Below are positions 1 to 9,005 of a stretch of 64,000 bases of DNA, one piece after another (position 1 is the stretch's first letter; each line of letters begins with the position of its first letter). Position numbers and translations under genes: made by a program. Location of the stretch: the NCBI GenBank assembly GCA_900315425.1, contig OMZA01000009.1, positions 964-64,963 of the forward strand, given 5' to 3'. This DNA comes from an uncultured Eubacteriales bacterium (GTDB taxonomy: Bacteria; Bacillota; Clostridia; Lachnospirales; Lachnospiraceae). The notes under the pieces were generated by a model. It made no database searches, had not been told where the DNA came from, and worked only from the letters and a program-made list of their open reading frames with translations.

Positions 1-38
1 ACTAACCTCCCGTACCGGTTCGATTCCGGTCGCCGGCA
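1..38 (+). tRNA. 3' part of a tRNA, probably tRNA-Leu (cut by window edge)
   Basis: End of a long variable arm, T-arm CCGGTTCGATTCCGG, acceptor 3' strand TCGCCGGC plus discriminator A; anticodon lies outside the window. Confidence 0.75.
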
Positions 39-65
39 TTTTTTCAATTTTATAATTTGAAAGTT

Positions 66-139
66 GTGCGTATAGCTCAGCTGGATAGAGCGTCTGGCTA
101 CGGACCAGAAGGTCGGGGGTTCGAATCCTCTTACGCACG
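66..139 (+). tRNA. tRNA-Arg(ACG)
   Basis: GTGCGTA/TACGCAC acceptor stem, TCTGG-CTACGGA-CCAGA anticodon arm, GTTCGAATC T-loop. Confidence 0.95.
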
Positions 140-164
140 TTAGATAATAAGTTAATAATTCCAT

Positions 165-235
165 AGGGGATTGGTCAAATGGTATGATAGGGGTCTCCAA
201 AACCTTTGGTGGGAGTTCGATTCTCTCATCCCCTG
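165..235 (+). tRNA. tRNA-Trp(CCA)
   Basis: AGGGGAT/ATCCCCT acceptor stem, CTCCAAA anticodon loop, GTTCGATTC T-loop. Confidence 0.93.
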
Positions 236-240
236 CTTTA

Positions 241-275
241 AAAAGTCTTGAAAACAAAGTTTTCAAGACTTTTTT
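241..275 (+). terminator. Intrinsic terminator after the tRNA cluster
   Basis: AAAAGTCTTGAAAAC...GTTTTCAAGACTTTT inverted repeat with T-tract. Confidence 0.85.
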
Positions 276-346
276 GCTGTGTTATAATAATATTTACATA
301 GATAATAAAGTGGGAAATTAGTGAAGAGAAAGGAGAAATCGAGAAA

Positions 347-1405
347 TTGAATAGTTTTAAACTTCCGTATCATTTACTAATAGAAGAGGGTATTTTTTAT
401 AAAATACCAGAGACAATGGAAGATGAGATACCCGGATTTGGAGATAAAAAGACAGTTATTGTAACTGAAACGAATTTAAAAGATATTTTCTCGGATATCC
501 TTGATAAAATAGAAAAAAGCTTTCCTAATAGTGAAATGTATTTAATTAAAGAATCTTCCTTTGACGCCGCAGTTTCCTTGGCAAAATATATGGCAATGAA
601 TGACATTAAAACGGTTATTGGTTTTGGAGGAGGAACGGTTTTGGATTTGGCGAAATTTGCTGCTTACGTAAGTAAAGCCAGACTTATTTCCTTACCAACC
701 ACTTTAAGTAATGATAGCCTAGCATCTCCTGTAGCTGTTTTAGGTACAACTGGTAAGGCCAGAAAGACTTTTAGATGTACTATTCCTTCGGCAATACTTG
801 TTGATACAGATGTTATTATGTCAGCACCCAGAAGACAGATTTTGTCAGGTATTGGAGATACTATAAGTAAATATACGGCTTTAAATGATTGGAAAATAGC
901 TCAAAATAAGGATAAAGAGAAGGTGGATGATTTTGCTTATATGATTTCAAAAATGGCATTTAATTCCATCTGTTACAATGATCAAATGGATCTTGGAGGA
1001 AAGTCATTTATAAAGATTCTTACGCAGGCTTTGGTAATGGGTGGTCTTGCTATGGAGATTGCAGGATTTTCCAGACCTAGTAGTGGATCAGAGCATTTGT
1101 TCTGTCATTCATTAGAAGAGAATTTTAGTGAAGAAGTAAATGTACCTCATGGTATAGCAGTTGCAATGGGGAGTTATGGAGCATGTATTTTCCAAAATCG
1201 TAATATTGAAAAGATTACAGGTGTAATTAAAAAATATGATATTCCAATCAGACCATCAGAATGGAATATAACAAAAGAAATATTTATCAATGCATGGATA
1301 CAAGCACCGGCTACAAGATCAGATAGATATACAATTTTAAATGAAACGGATCTTTCACCGGAAAGATTGGGGCGTATTTACGATGATATGGAAGATAAGT
1401 TTTAG
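347..1405 (+). CDS. sn-glycerol-1-phosphate dehydrogenase-like protein (AraM/EgsA, DHQ-synthase-like fold)
   Basis: GFGGGTVLDLAK and PTTLSNDSLASP NAD-binding motifs, SGSEH..H and HG..VA metal-binding His motifs; TTG start after GGAGA SD. Confidence 0.75.
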   Translation: MNSFKLPYHLLIEEGIFYKIPETMEDEIPGFGDKKTVIVTETNLKDIFSDILDKIEKSFPNSEMYLIKESSFDAAVSLAKYMAMNDIKTVIGFGGGTVLDLAKFAAYVSKARLISLPTTLSNDSLASPVAVLGTTGKARKTFRCTIPSAILVDTDVIMSAPRRQILSGIGDTISKYTALNDWKIAQNKDKEKVDDFAYMISKMAFNSICYNDQMDLGGKSFIKILTQALVMGGLAMEIAGFSRPSSGSEHLFCHSLEENFSEEVNVPHGIAVAMGSYGACIFQNRNIEKITGVIKKYDIPIRPSEWNITKEIFINAWIQAPATRSDRYTILNETDLSPERLGRIYDDMEDKF

Positions 1406-1469
1406 GTTTTAAATAATAAAGGGAAAGGTAATTTGTATTTGTTTTGATATAGGAAAAGGGGAAGGTAAT

Positions 1470-2519
1470 TTGGAAGACGAAAGATGTAAAATACTAATTG
1501 CTGATGATAATTATGTAAATAGAGCAATTCTAAGAGAATTTCTTGAAGATGACTATGAGATTTTAGAATCTGAAGATGGTATTTCTGCTCAGGATATTTT
1601 AGATAAAGAAAATATTTCATTGGTTTTACTAGATTATAATCTTCCTAAAAAGAACGGGGTAGAGATAACTGAATATATGAAATCCAAGGATGGGCTAAAA
1701 GATATTCCGGTTTTAGTTATTTCAAGTATTTATACAGCAGATGCAGTGGATAAATTTTTCGATATTGGTTGTATTGATTATATAAGCAAACCCTATAACA
1801 TAAAAGTAGTAAAGCATAGAGTTTATAATGCTATCAAGATTTATGAAAAACAGCGTGAATTATCCCAGGAATTAGAAAGACAAAGAAAAAAAAGAAAACA
1901 GGATTCAGATCTTTTAGTTCATATGATTGGTCATATTGTAGAATTTCGTAATGAAGAAAGTGGTCCTCATGTTATGAATGTAGAGAATATTACCAGAAGA
2001 ATTCTTTTTGACATTTATTCTAAAACAGAGAGATACGAACTTAATGAAGAAAAAATTGAGATGATGTCTTTAGCTTCTGCATTACATGATATTGGAAAGA
2101 TTAGGATTCCAGAAGAGATTTTAAATAAACCGGGTGCACTTACAAAGGAAGAGTTTGAAATTATGATGACCCATACCAGTATGGGGGCTAATATGGTTTC
2201 AAAATTGCCATCAGTATTTAATAATTCTGAATTAACTGATTGTGTTAAGGAAATATGTCTTTATCATCATGAGAAATATGATGGTAACGGATATCCAAAA
2301 AAATTACATGGCGATGAAATTCCTATTGGAGCCCAGGCGGTCAGCATAGCTGATGTATATGATGCACTTACTTCTAAGAGAGTGTATAAAGATGCATATA
2401 GTCATGAAAAGGCTATAGATATGATATTGGCTGGAGAATGTGGAACATTTAATCCGCTAATTATTGATTGTTTTATTAATGACCAGGATGCAATCAAAGA
2501 GATAAAAAAGAGTTATTGA
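1470..2519 (+). CDS. Response regulator with HD-GYP phosphodiesterase domain (RpfG-like)
   Basis: Receiver domain (ILIADDN, LLDYNLP, YISKP) followed by LHDIGK and HHEKYDGNGYP. Confidence 0.9.
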   Translation: MEDERCKILIADDNYVNRAILREFLEDDYEILESEDGISAQDILDKENISLVLLDYNLPKKNGVEITEYMKSKDGLKDIPVLVISSIYTADAVDKFFDIGCIDYISKPYNIKVVKHRVYNAIKIYEKQRELSQELERQRKKRKQDSDLLVHMIGHIVEFRNEESGPHVMNVENITRRILFDIYSKTERYELNEEKIEMMSLASALHDIGKIRIPEEILNKPGALTKEEFEIMMTHTSMGANMVSKLPSVFNNSELTDCVKEICLYHHEKYDGNGYPKKLHGDEIPIGAQAVSIADVYDALTSKRVYKDAYSHEKAIDMILAGECGTFNPLIIDCFINDQDAIKEIKKSY

Positions 2520-2545
2520 TATTTATAAAATCCAATTATAAAAAG

Positions 2546-2579
2546 TAAAACAGCTAAAGGTTAATCCTTTAGCTGTTTT
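2546..2579 (+). terminator. Intrinsic terminator (bidirectional-type)
   Basis: AAAACAGCTAAAGG-TTAAT-CCTTTAGCTGTTTT. Confidence 0.8.
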
Positions 2580-2729
2580 GAGGGGAGTATAAATAATTAA
2601 TAAGGGGTTATAAAACAAAGGGTCATTTGAAGGGTTGCCCTTTGCTGAGTATTATATTAATATAGTTTTCGAAAAAAAGCAACATGAAATTTATATTTTT
2701 TTAAATTATATAAAAAGAAAAGAGATGAC

Positions 2730-3884
2730 ATGAATAAGTATATTTTAGTAGCTCCTTGCCACTTTGGTTTGGAATCAGTATTGAAAAGAGAGATTTATGA
2801 TCTAGGTTATGAAATTATCAAAGTTGAAGATGGAAGAGTAACCTTTGAGGGTGATGAGGAGGCTATTTGCAGAAGTAATATTTTTCTTAGAACCACAGAA
2901 AGAGTTATGATTCAGGTGGGAAGATTTAAGGCATATACATTTGATGAGTTTTTTGAAAAGGTAAAGGCTTTGGATTGGGAGAGATACATTCCTGAAAATG
3001 GTAGGTTTTGGGTTACAAAAGCTAATTCTATTAAAAGTAAATTGTATAGTAGTTCAGATATTCAAAGTCTTGCTAAAAAGGCTATAGTTGATAGATTAAA
3101 ATCAGTATATGGAATTCAATGGTTTAAAGAGGATGGAGCAAATTATCCAATAAGAATATTTTTTAATAAGGACGAAGCTATGGTTTGCTTAGATACATCT
3201 GGAGATTCTTTGCATAAGAGAGGGTATAGAAAGATGGTATCTAAGGCACCTATTTCAGAGACCTTAGCGGCAGCATTAATTATGCTAACACCTTGGCATA
3301 AGGATAGAATTTTATTAGATCCTTTTTGCGGATGCGGTACATTTCCAATTGAAGCTGCTATGATTGCGGCTAATATTGCTCCAGGCATGAACAGGGAATT
3401 TACAGGAGAAAAATGGAATAATGTAATTCCTAAGAAAATGTGGTATGAAGCAGTTAATGAGGCTATGGATTTAGTAGATACAGATATTGATACAGATATT
3501 CAGGGTAGCGATATTGACGGTGAAATTATAAAAGCTGCTATGAAAAATGCTGAGGATGCAGGTGTAGCTAATTTGATACATTTTCAAAGACATCCTGTAA
3601 ATGAGGTAAGTCACAGAAAGAAATATGGATTTATTATTACGAATCCACCATATGGAGAACGTATTGAAGATAGGGAGAATCTTCCTTCTATATATGGAGA
3701 CTTGGGAAATCTGTACAGGTCTTTGGATTCCTGGTCTGCTTATGTTATTACGTCTTATGATAAAACAGAAGAGGATATGGGAATAAAAGCCACAAAGAAT
3801 AGAAAGATATATAATGGGATGATGAAAACTTATTTCTATCAGTTTTTAGGACCAAAACCGCCTAAAAAGGAAGGCAAGAAATGA
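2730..3884 (+). CDS. THUMP-domain class I SAM-dependent RNA methyltransferase (RlmL N-terminal/YpsC-like)
   Basis: LHKRGYR, APISETLAAALI, LDPFCGCGT and ITNPPYGER motifs. Confidence 0.88.
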   Translation: MNKYILVAPCHFGLESVLKREIYDLGYEIIKVEDGRVTFEGDEEAICRSNIFLRTTERVMIQVGRFKAYTFDEFFEKVKALDWERYIPENGRFWVTKANSIKSKLYSSSDIQSLAKKAIVDRLKSVYGIQWFKEDGANYPIRIFFNKDEAMVCLDTSGDSLHKRGYRKMVSKAPISETLAAALIMLTPWHKDRILLDPFCGCGTFPIEAAMIAANIAPGMNREFTGEKWNNVIPKKMWYEAVNEAMDLVDTDIDTDIQGSDIDGEIIKAAMKNAEDAGVANLIHFQRHPVNEVSHRKKYGFIITNPPYGERIEDRENLPSIYGDLGNLYRSLDSWSAYVITSYDKTEEDMGIKATKNRKIYNGMMKTYFYQFLGPKPPKKEGKK

Positions 3885-5611
3885 AAAGAAAGATTAACAC
3901 AATTATTATTGTGATAATGTTGATTGCAGGTATTGCAGTGTTACTTCGAGGCTTTGTTTTTAATGGAACTGTTAAAAAAACTAAAAAAGTTATATCAGCC
4001 GATGAAATTTGGAGTGCCACTAAGGCTGAGGTTGTTAATCAAACTCCAATAGTAGCTAACGTTGATAATACGCAGTTGAAATCATCTATTGATGGTATAT
4101 ATATGAACGATAGAATGGAACTTATGATTCCTATCAACAAGGTTAGAGACGCATTTAATTGTTCGGCGAGAACTTATTCTAACGGTGAAATTAAAATACA
4201 AAAGGGAGAGGATATATTAACTGCCAATATCGGAAATAATAATTATAAATTCAATGATATAAATTATGAATTGGAAAATCCAGTAAACATGGTAGGTACT
4301 CAGATATTTGTTTCCACAAAGATTTTGTGTGATTCATTTAACTATACTTATGAGTTTGATACCGCAGCTAATGAAGCGGAAATTATTTGCAGGGATGAAA
4401 ATGCAAATGCTTTACCGTATAGGTATAGTTATGAGGAAGAAAAACGTGTTCCTATTGCGGAGGATCAGGGAGATTTAGGAACCTGTTGGGCTTTTGCTTC
4501 TATTACTGCTTTGGAATCCAGTTTAATGCCAGAAGAGAAACATGTTTTTTCTGTGGATAATATGTCTTTATGTAATTCTTTTAATCGCAGCCAAGACGAG
4601 GGCGGGGATTACAACATGGCTATGGCATATTTGCTGGCATGGCAGGGACCGGTATTTGAAGCAGATGACCCTTATGGAGATGGAGTCAGCGATCCGAATT
4701 TACAGGAAGTAAAGCATGTTCAGGAAATTCAGCTGGTGGAATCTAAGGATTATACAAAGATAAAAGAAATGATTTTTAAGTATGGTGGTGTGCAGAGTAC
4801 ATTTTATGCTGAGGATTTAGGATATTACTTTGCTGACAGCATTTACTATAATGGAATTACCAATGCTTATTGTTACAAAGGAGAGGCTGCGCCTAATCAT
4901 GATATTGTTATAATTGGTTGGGATGATACTTATCCTGCTGAGAATTTTAACATGGAAGTAGAAGGGGATGGAGCCTTTTTATGTAGGAATAGCTGGGGCA
5001 AGGACTTTGGAGATAATGGAGATTTTTACATATCATATTATGACACGAATATTGGTGTAAACAACGTAGTCTATACAAGGGTTGACGCAAACAATAACTA
5101 TGATAATATATATCAGAGTGATTTGTGTGGATATGTAGGCGATATGGGATATGAGGAATCTACAGCGTATTTTGCAAATGTTTATACAGCGGAAAGTGAC
5201 GAGAGTATAGAGGCTGTTGGTTTTTATACCACAGGAAAAAATTCGGAATATTCGGTGTATGTTGTAAAAGATTTTCAAGACGTTAAAAGTCTTGGTTCCA
5301 GGTCAGATCCGGTTCAGACAGGTAGTTTTGAAAATGCTGGATTTCATACAGTAGATTTTAATAATTCCATAGGGCTGAGTAAAGGCACCAGATTTGCGAT
5401 AATTGTAAGAATAAATACTCCAGGTGCTATTAGACCGGTAGCGGTGGAATTTGCCCATGATTATACCACTGAATCAGTTGATATTACTGATGGTGAGGGA
5501 TATATCAGCTATTTGGGTACAGAATGGGAGAATACTGAGTCAGTATATTCTTGTAATGTCTGCTTAAAAGCATATACAAAATTAGATGAAGAGGAAGTTA
5601 ACAATGAATAA
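3881..5611 (+). CDS. Exported papain-like (C1A) cysteine protease with N-terminal copper-amine-oxidase-N-like region and C-terminal lectin-like domain
   Basis: Hydrophobic N-terminus; QGDLGTCWAF (Cys), NHDIVIIGWDD (His), RNSWG (Asn); C-terminal ANVYTA...NVCLKAYT region. Confidence 0.82.
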   Translation: MKRKINTIIIVIMLIAGIAVLLRGFVFNGTVKKTKKVISADEIWSATKAEVVNQTPIVANVDNTQLKSSIDGIYMNDRMELMIPINKVRDAFNCSARTYSNGEIKIQKGEDILTANIGNNNYKFNDINYELENPVNMVGTQIFVSTKILCDSFNYTYEFDTAANEAEIICRDENANALPYRYSYEEEKRVPIAEDQGDLGTCWAFASITALESSLMPEEKHVFSVDNMSLCNSFNRSQDEGGDYNMAMAYLLAWQGPVFEADDPYGDGVSDPNLQEVKHVQEIQLVESKDYTKIKEMIFKYGGVQSTFYAEDLGYYFADSIYYNGITNAYCYKGEAAPNHDIVIIGWDDTYPAENFNMEVEGDGAFLCRNSWGKDFGDNGDFYISYYDTNIGVNNVVYTRVDANNNYDNIYQSDLCGYVGDMGYEESTAYFANVYTAESDESIEAVGFYTTGKNSEYSVYVVKDFQDVKSLGSRSDPVQTGSFENAGFHTVDFNNSIGLSKGTRFAIIVRINTPGAIRPVAVEFAHDYTTESVDITDGEGYISYLGTEWENTESVYSCNVCLKAYTKLDEEEVNNE

Positions 5612-6206
5612 GCCAGAAAAAATTATTTTTGCTACAGGTAATGAAGATAAAATGAAGGAAATAAGAATGATTCTTAAGGATGTAGGAATTCCTATTGAAT
5701 CATTAAAGGATGCGGGTGTTGAGGTCGATATTGTAGAGGATGGTAAAACATTTGAGGAAAATGCTATTATTAAGGCCAAGGCAGTTATGGAAATGACAGG
5801 GTGTATTACCCTTGCTGATGATTCCGGATTAGAGGTTGATTATATTAATAAAGAGCCAGGGATTTATTCTGCAAGGTATTTAGGAAGAGATACATCTTAT
5901 GAAGAGAAAAATCAAAATATAATTGATAGACTTAAAGATGCCAAGGGAGATGAAAGAAGTGCCAGATTTGTATGTGTTATTGCAGCAGCACTTCCGGATG
6001 GTAGAATTCTTACTGCAAGAGGAACCATTGAGGGTGTAATTGGTTACGAGGAAAAGGGACATAATGGATTTGGGTATGATCCAATTCTCTATGTACCAGA
6101 GTATGGTATGACTACTGGGGAAATGACTATGGAAGATAAGAATAAGATTAGTCATAGAGGTAAAGCCTTAACAGAGATTAGAAGAAAGTTAAAGGAGATT
6201 TTATGA
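5604..6206 (+). CDS. rdgB: Non-canonical purine NTP pyrophosphatase (RdgB/HAM1)
   Basis: FATGNEDK, TFEENAIIKA, ADDSGL, GFGYDP, KISHRGKA; start placed at ATG 5604. Confidence 0.93.
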   Translation: MNKPEKIIFATGNEDKMKEIRMILKDVGIPIESLKDAGVEVDIVEDGKTFEENAIIKAKAVMEMTGCITLADDSGLEVDYINKEPGIYSARYLGRDTSYEEKNQNIIDRLKDAKGDERSARFVCVIAAALPDGRILTARGTIEGVIGYEEKGHNGFGYDPILYVPEYGMTTGEMTMEDKNKISHRGKALTEIRRKLKEIL

Positions 6207-6691
6207 GAGTTCTTGTAATAAGCGATACCCACGGTAAGGATGAGAATTTAAATAAAGTTTTGGAGATGGAAAAAAACAGAGATATGCTTTTTCATCTTGG
6301 AGATATTGAAGGAAGAGAAGGCTATATTAGTCTTAATTCTAATTGTCCTTGTTATATGGTGGCAGGAAATAATGATTATTTTTCGCCTCTTAAAAATATA
6401 TTGGTTGTGGATGTTGGCTCTCATAAGGTTCTATTAACCCATGGACATCATTTTTATGTTTCCTTAAGTACAGAGTATTTAAAGGCGGAAGCAATAGCTC
6501 AGGGGTGTGATATCGTTATGTATGGTCATACCCACAAGCCTGAGGTAGATGTTGATGATGAAGTTACTGTTGTAAATCCGGGAAGTTTATCTTATCCAAG
6601 ACAGGAGGGCAGATTGCCTAGCTATGTTATTATGGAAATTGATGATGAAACACAGGAGGTACACTATACAATTAAGTACTTAAACAAGTGA
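6203..6691 (+). CDS. YfcE/YsnB-family metallophosphoesterase
   Basis: SDTHG, HLGD, GNND, THGH, GHTH, NPGS motifs. Confidence 0.9.
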   Translation: MRVLVISDTHGKDENLNKVLEMEKNRDMLFHLGDIEGREGYISLNSNCPCYMVAGNNDYFSPLKNILVVDVGSHKVLLTHGHHFYVSLSTEYLKAEAIAQGCDIVMYGHTHKPEVDVDDEVTVVNPGSLSYPRQEGRLPSYVIMEIDDETQEVHYTIKYLNK

Positions 6692-6725
6692 TTATTGTCT
6701 TTTGAAATTATTTATAAAAAAGTTG

Positions 6726-6754
6726 TTGACATTTCATATCCGTTAAAGTATAAT
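6726..6754 (+). promoter_or_regulatory. Sigma-A promoter of the tRNA cluster
   Basis: TTGACA-17 nt-TATAAT. Confidence 0.85.
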
Positions 6755-6787
6755 ACTTCTTGCGTCATGAAAGACGATAAACACCAA

Positions 6788-6862
6788 CGGGGTGTGGCTC
6801 AGCTTGGCTAGAGCGCTTGATTTGGGATCAAGAGGTCGCAGGTTCGAATCCTGTCACCCCGA
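6788..6862 (+). tRNA. tRNA-Pro(TGG)
   Basis: CGGGGTG acceptor, CTTGA-TTTGGGA-TCAAG anticodon arm. Confidence 0.95.
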
Positions 6863-6892
6863 CTTATCATAAATATTTGATATACTCATTTT

Positions 6893-6963
6893 GCGGGTGT
6901 AGTTCAATGGTAGAACACCAGCCTTCCAAGCTGGATACGTGGGTTCGATTCCCATCACCCGCT
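6893..6963 (+). tRNA. tRNA-Gly(TCC)
   Basis: GCGGGTG acceptor, CCAGC-CTTCCAA-GCTGG anticodon arm. Confidence 0.95.
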
Positions 6964-7008
6964 TTTATGCTGACTAATATGTATTTTGCGTATTTCTCAG
7001 TATGATGT

Positions 7009-7082
<74 letters not shown>

Positions 7083-7141
7083 TTTTACCTGTTATGTTTG
7101 ATGAATAAGAGTTGCTGAATGGCGACTCAATTCTTTTTTAT

Positions 7142-7217
7142 GGTGGGTATAGCGCAGTTGGTTAGCGCGCCAGATTGTGGCTCTGGAGGCCAAGGGTTCG
7201 AATCCCTTTATCCACCC
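7142..7217 (+). tRNA. tRNA-His(GTG)
   Basis: Encoded G-1, CCAGA-TTGTGGC-TCTGG anticodon arm. Confidence 0.95.
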
Positions 7218-7278
7218 TTTATTTCTCAATATTTTGTTTGCCGCTAATCAAAGATTGGTGGCTATATTTTTACAATTT

Positions 7279-7350
7279 TGGGCCATCGCCAAGCGGTAAG
7301 GCACAGGACTTTGACTCCTGCATTCGAGGGTTCGAATCCCGCTGGCCCAG
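7279..7350 (+). tRNA. tRNA-Gln(TTG)
   Basis: TGGGCCA/TGGCCCA acceptor, CAGGA-CTTTGAC-TCCTG anticodon arm; one A-G mismatch in the T-stem. Confidence 0.92.
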
Positions 7351-7352
7351 CT

Positions 7353-7392
7353 AAAAAAAGCTTTCACCTTGAATCTTGGTGAAAGCTTTTTT
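7353..7392. terminator. Bidirectional terminator between the tRNAs and folE
   Basis: AAAAAAGCTTTCACC...GGTGAAAGCTTTTTT. Confidence 0.85.
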
Positions 7393-7401
7393 GTATTTGT
7401 A

Positions 7402-7977
7402 TTATAATTTTAATTGAAGTAATAGTTTGTTTTGAAGGTCTGTATTATCTTTAAATGCTCCATAGTAAGTAGTAGTAACTGTTAATGCATTAGTTTTCTT
7501 AATGCCTCTAGCACTCATGCAAGAATGGCAACCTTTAATTATAACAGCAACGTCGTCTGAGCCTGATGCTAGGGATATAATCTCGGCAATGTCTTTTCCC
7601 AGGCGTTCCTGTAGCTGAAGTCTTTTTGCAGCCATATCGGCGATTCTGGCCACCTTAGAAAGCCCTAGAACTTTGTCTTTAGGAATATATGCCACAGAAA
7701 CCTTCATGTTGTACATAAGGGCCAAGTGATGTTCACAGTATGAGAAAACATCGATATCCTTAATGAGAACCATGTCTTTTGAATTGTTGGTTAATTCAAA
7801 TGTTTTTCCGTACATTTCAGCGATTTCTTTGTTGGTATAGGCTGTGCCTGCAAGGACTTCCTGGCACATTCTGGCAACTCTGTCAGGAGTTTCAACAAGG
7901 CCTTCTCTGTTAGGGTCTTCTCCAATAGCTTCTAAAAATTCTACAACTGCATGTTTAATTCTTTCTGTATCCATCAT
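7402..7977 (-). CDS. folE: GTP cyclohydrolase I
   Basis: GLVETPDRVAR, SYCEHHL, LGLSKVAR, RLQLQERL, HSCMSARG. Confidence 0.95.
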   Translation of the reverse strand: MMDTERIKHAVVEFLEAIGEDPNREGLVETPDRVARMCQEVLAGTAYTNKEIAEMYGKTFELTNNSKDMVLIKDIDVFSYCEHHLALMYNMKVSVAYIPKDKVLGLSKVARIADMAAKRLQLQERLGKDIAEIISLASGSDDVAVIIKGCHSCMSARGIKKTNALTVTTTYYGAFKDNTDLQNKLLLQLKL

Positions 7978-8666
7978 ACACCTCTCTGATCAGGGTTCCA
8001 AATTATCTTGTGAAGCTGGACCTGAACTCTTATTTTATCGGTATTTATATGGGACGAGTGAAGTTCTTTTAAGAATTCCACAAGTTCCAGGGGCTGAATC
8101 TCGTTAAATACGGGACTAAGATAAATATAACTTTTAATATTATAGTGGGAAATAATTTCTTTAACCTTTGACAAATCATTTCTCATACAAACAAATTTTA
8201 ATACATCATTTTCACGAAGAAGCTCTAGATTATCAAGATACATAAGTCTTTCGGTATTACTTGAAGGACATTTGTAATCCATGGTTATGATAACGTTATC
8301 AAGTTGATATTTAGATATTGGTATAGAACCATTGGTTTCTATGTTTACAATGTATCCTTTTTTGAGTAAAGCCTTAATAAGATAATAAGAGTTTTCATGA
8401 ATTAAAGGCTCTCCGCCTGTTAGGGTAACGTGTTTATAGCCATTTTTATCTACTTCATCAAGGATGTTTTCTATAGAAATAAAATCAGCATCTTTAGTGG
8501 ATAAAGCGTAGGTAGTATCACAGTAGCTGCATTTCATATTACATCCACAAAGTCGAATAAATGTAGCAAGTCCCCCGGCGGTAATGCCCTCTCCGTCTAT
8601 GCTGCCAAATATTTCGTTAACAGGGAGCAAAGCGTTAAGATTTAAAGTATATTCACTATTTTTCAT
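7974..8666 (-). CDS. queE: 7-carboxy-7-deazaguanine synthase (radical SAM)
   Basis: EIFGSIDGEG, CNMKCSYCDT, LTGGEP, IETNG, QLHK; start moved to ATG 8666, overlapping the queD end. Confidence 0.9.
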   Translation of the reverse strand: MKNSEYTLNLNALLPVNEIFGSIDGEGITAGGLATFIRLCGCNMKCSYCDTTYALSTKDADFISIENILDEVDKNGYKHVTLTGGEPLIHENSYYLIKALLKKGYIVNIETNGSIPISKYQLDNVIITMDYKCPSSNTERLMYLDNLELLRENDVLKFVCMRNDLSKVKEIISHYNIKSYIYLSPVFNEIQPLELVEFLKELHSSHINTDKIRVQVQLHKIIWNPDQRGV

Positions 8667-8988
8667 ATTCAGCAATATTTCCTTCGCTTTCCTGAACAGT
8701 AACCTTGTAGCATTTTTCGCCAATCTGGTCGCAAATCCATTTCGCAATATTTTCTGCTGTTGGGTTAACATCTAAAACATCATTTAAATATTTATGGTCA
8801 AGTTTTTCCATGATTTCTTCTTTTATATGTGTAAAATCATATACCATTCCGTTTTGATCTAGGGTTTCACTTTGAAGATATACATAAATAATCCAGTTGT
8901 GACCGTGGATATTAGTACATTTGCTTTCGTAGTCAAGGTTAAGTCTGTGAGCTGCGCTGATTTCTAAACGTTTTTTTACTCTATACAT
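8656..8988 (-). CDS. queD: 6-carboxytetrahydropterin synthase
   Basis: SAAHRL, CTNIHGHNW, LDHKYLN, NPTAEN, VQESE. Confidence 0.93.
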   Translation of the reverse strand: MYRVKKRLEISAAHRLNLDYESKCTNIHGHNWIIYVYLQSETLDQNGMVYDFTHIKEEIMEKLDHKYLNDVLDVNPTAENIAKWICDQIGEKCYKVTVQESEGNIAEYEK

Positions 8989-9005
8989 AATATACCTGCC
9001 TTAAT

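Noticed and set aside
4677-4690. GAGATGGA near-matches inside genes (about 4678, 6263, 34752, 35657)
   Set aside because: They lack the TA[A/G] stop part and lie within coding sequence, so not att copies
7142-7217. Functional link between tRNA-His(GUG), a queuosine substrate, and the convergent que operon
   Set aside because: Separated by a bidirectional terminator; adjacency alone is not evidence
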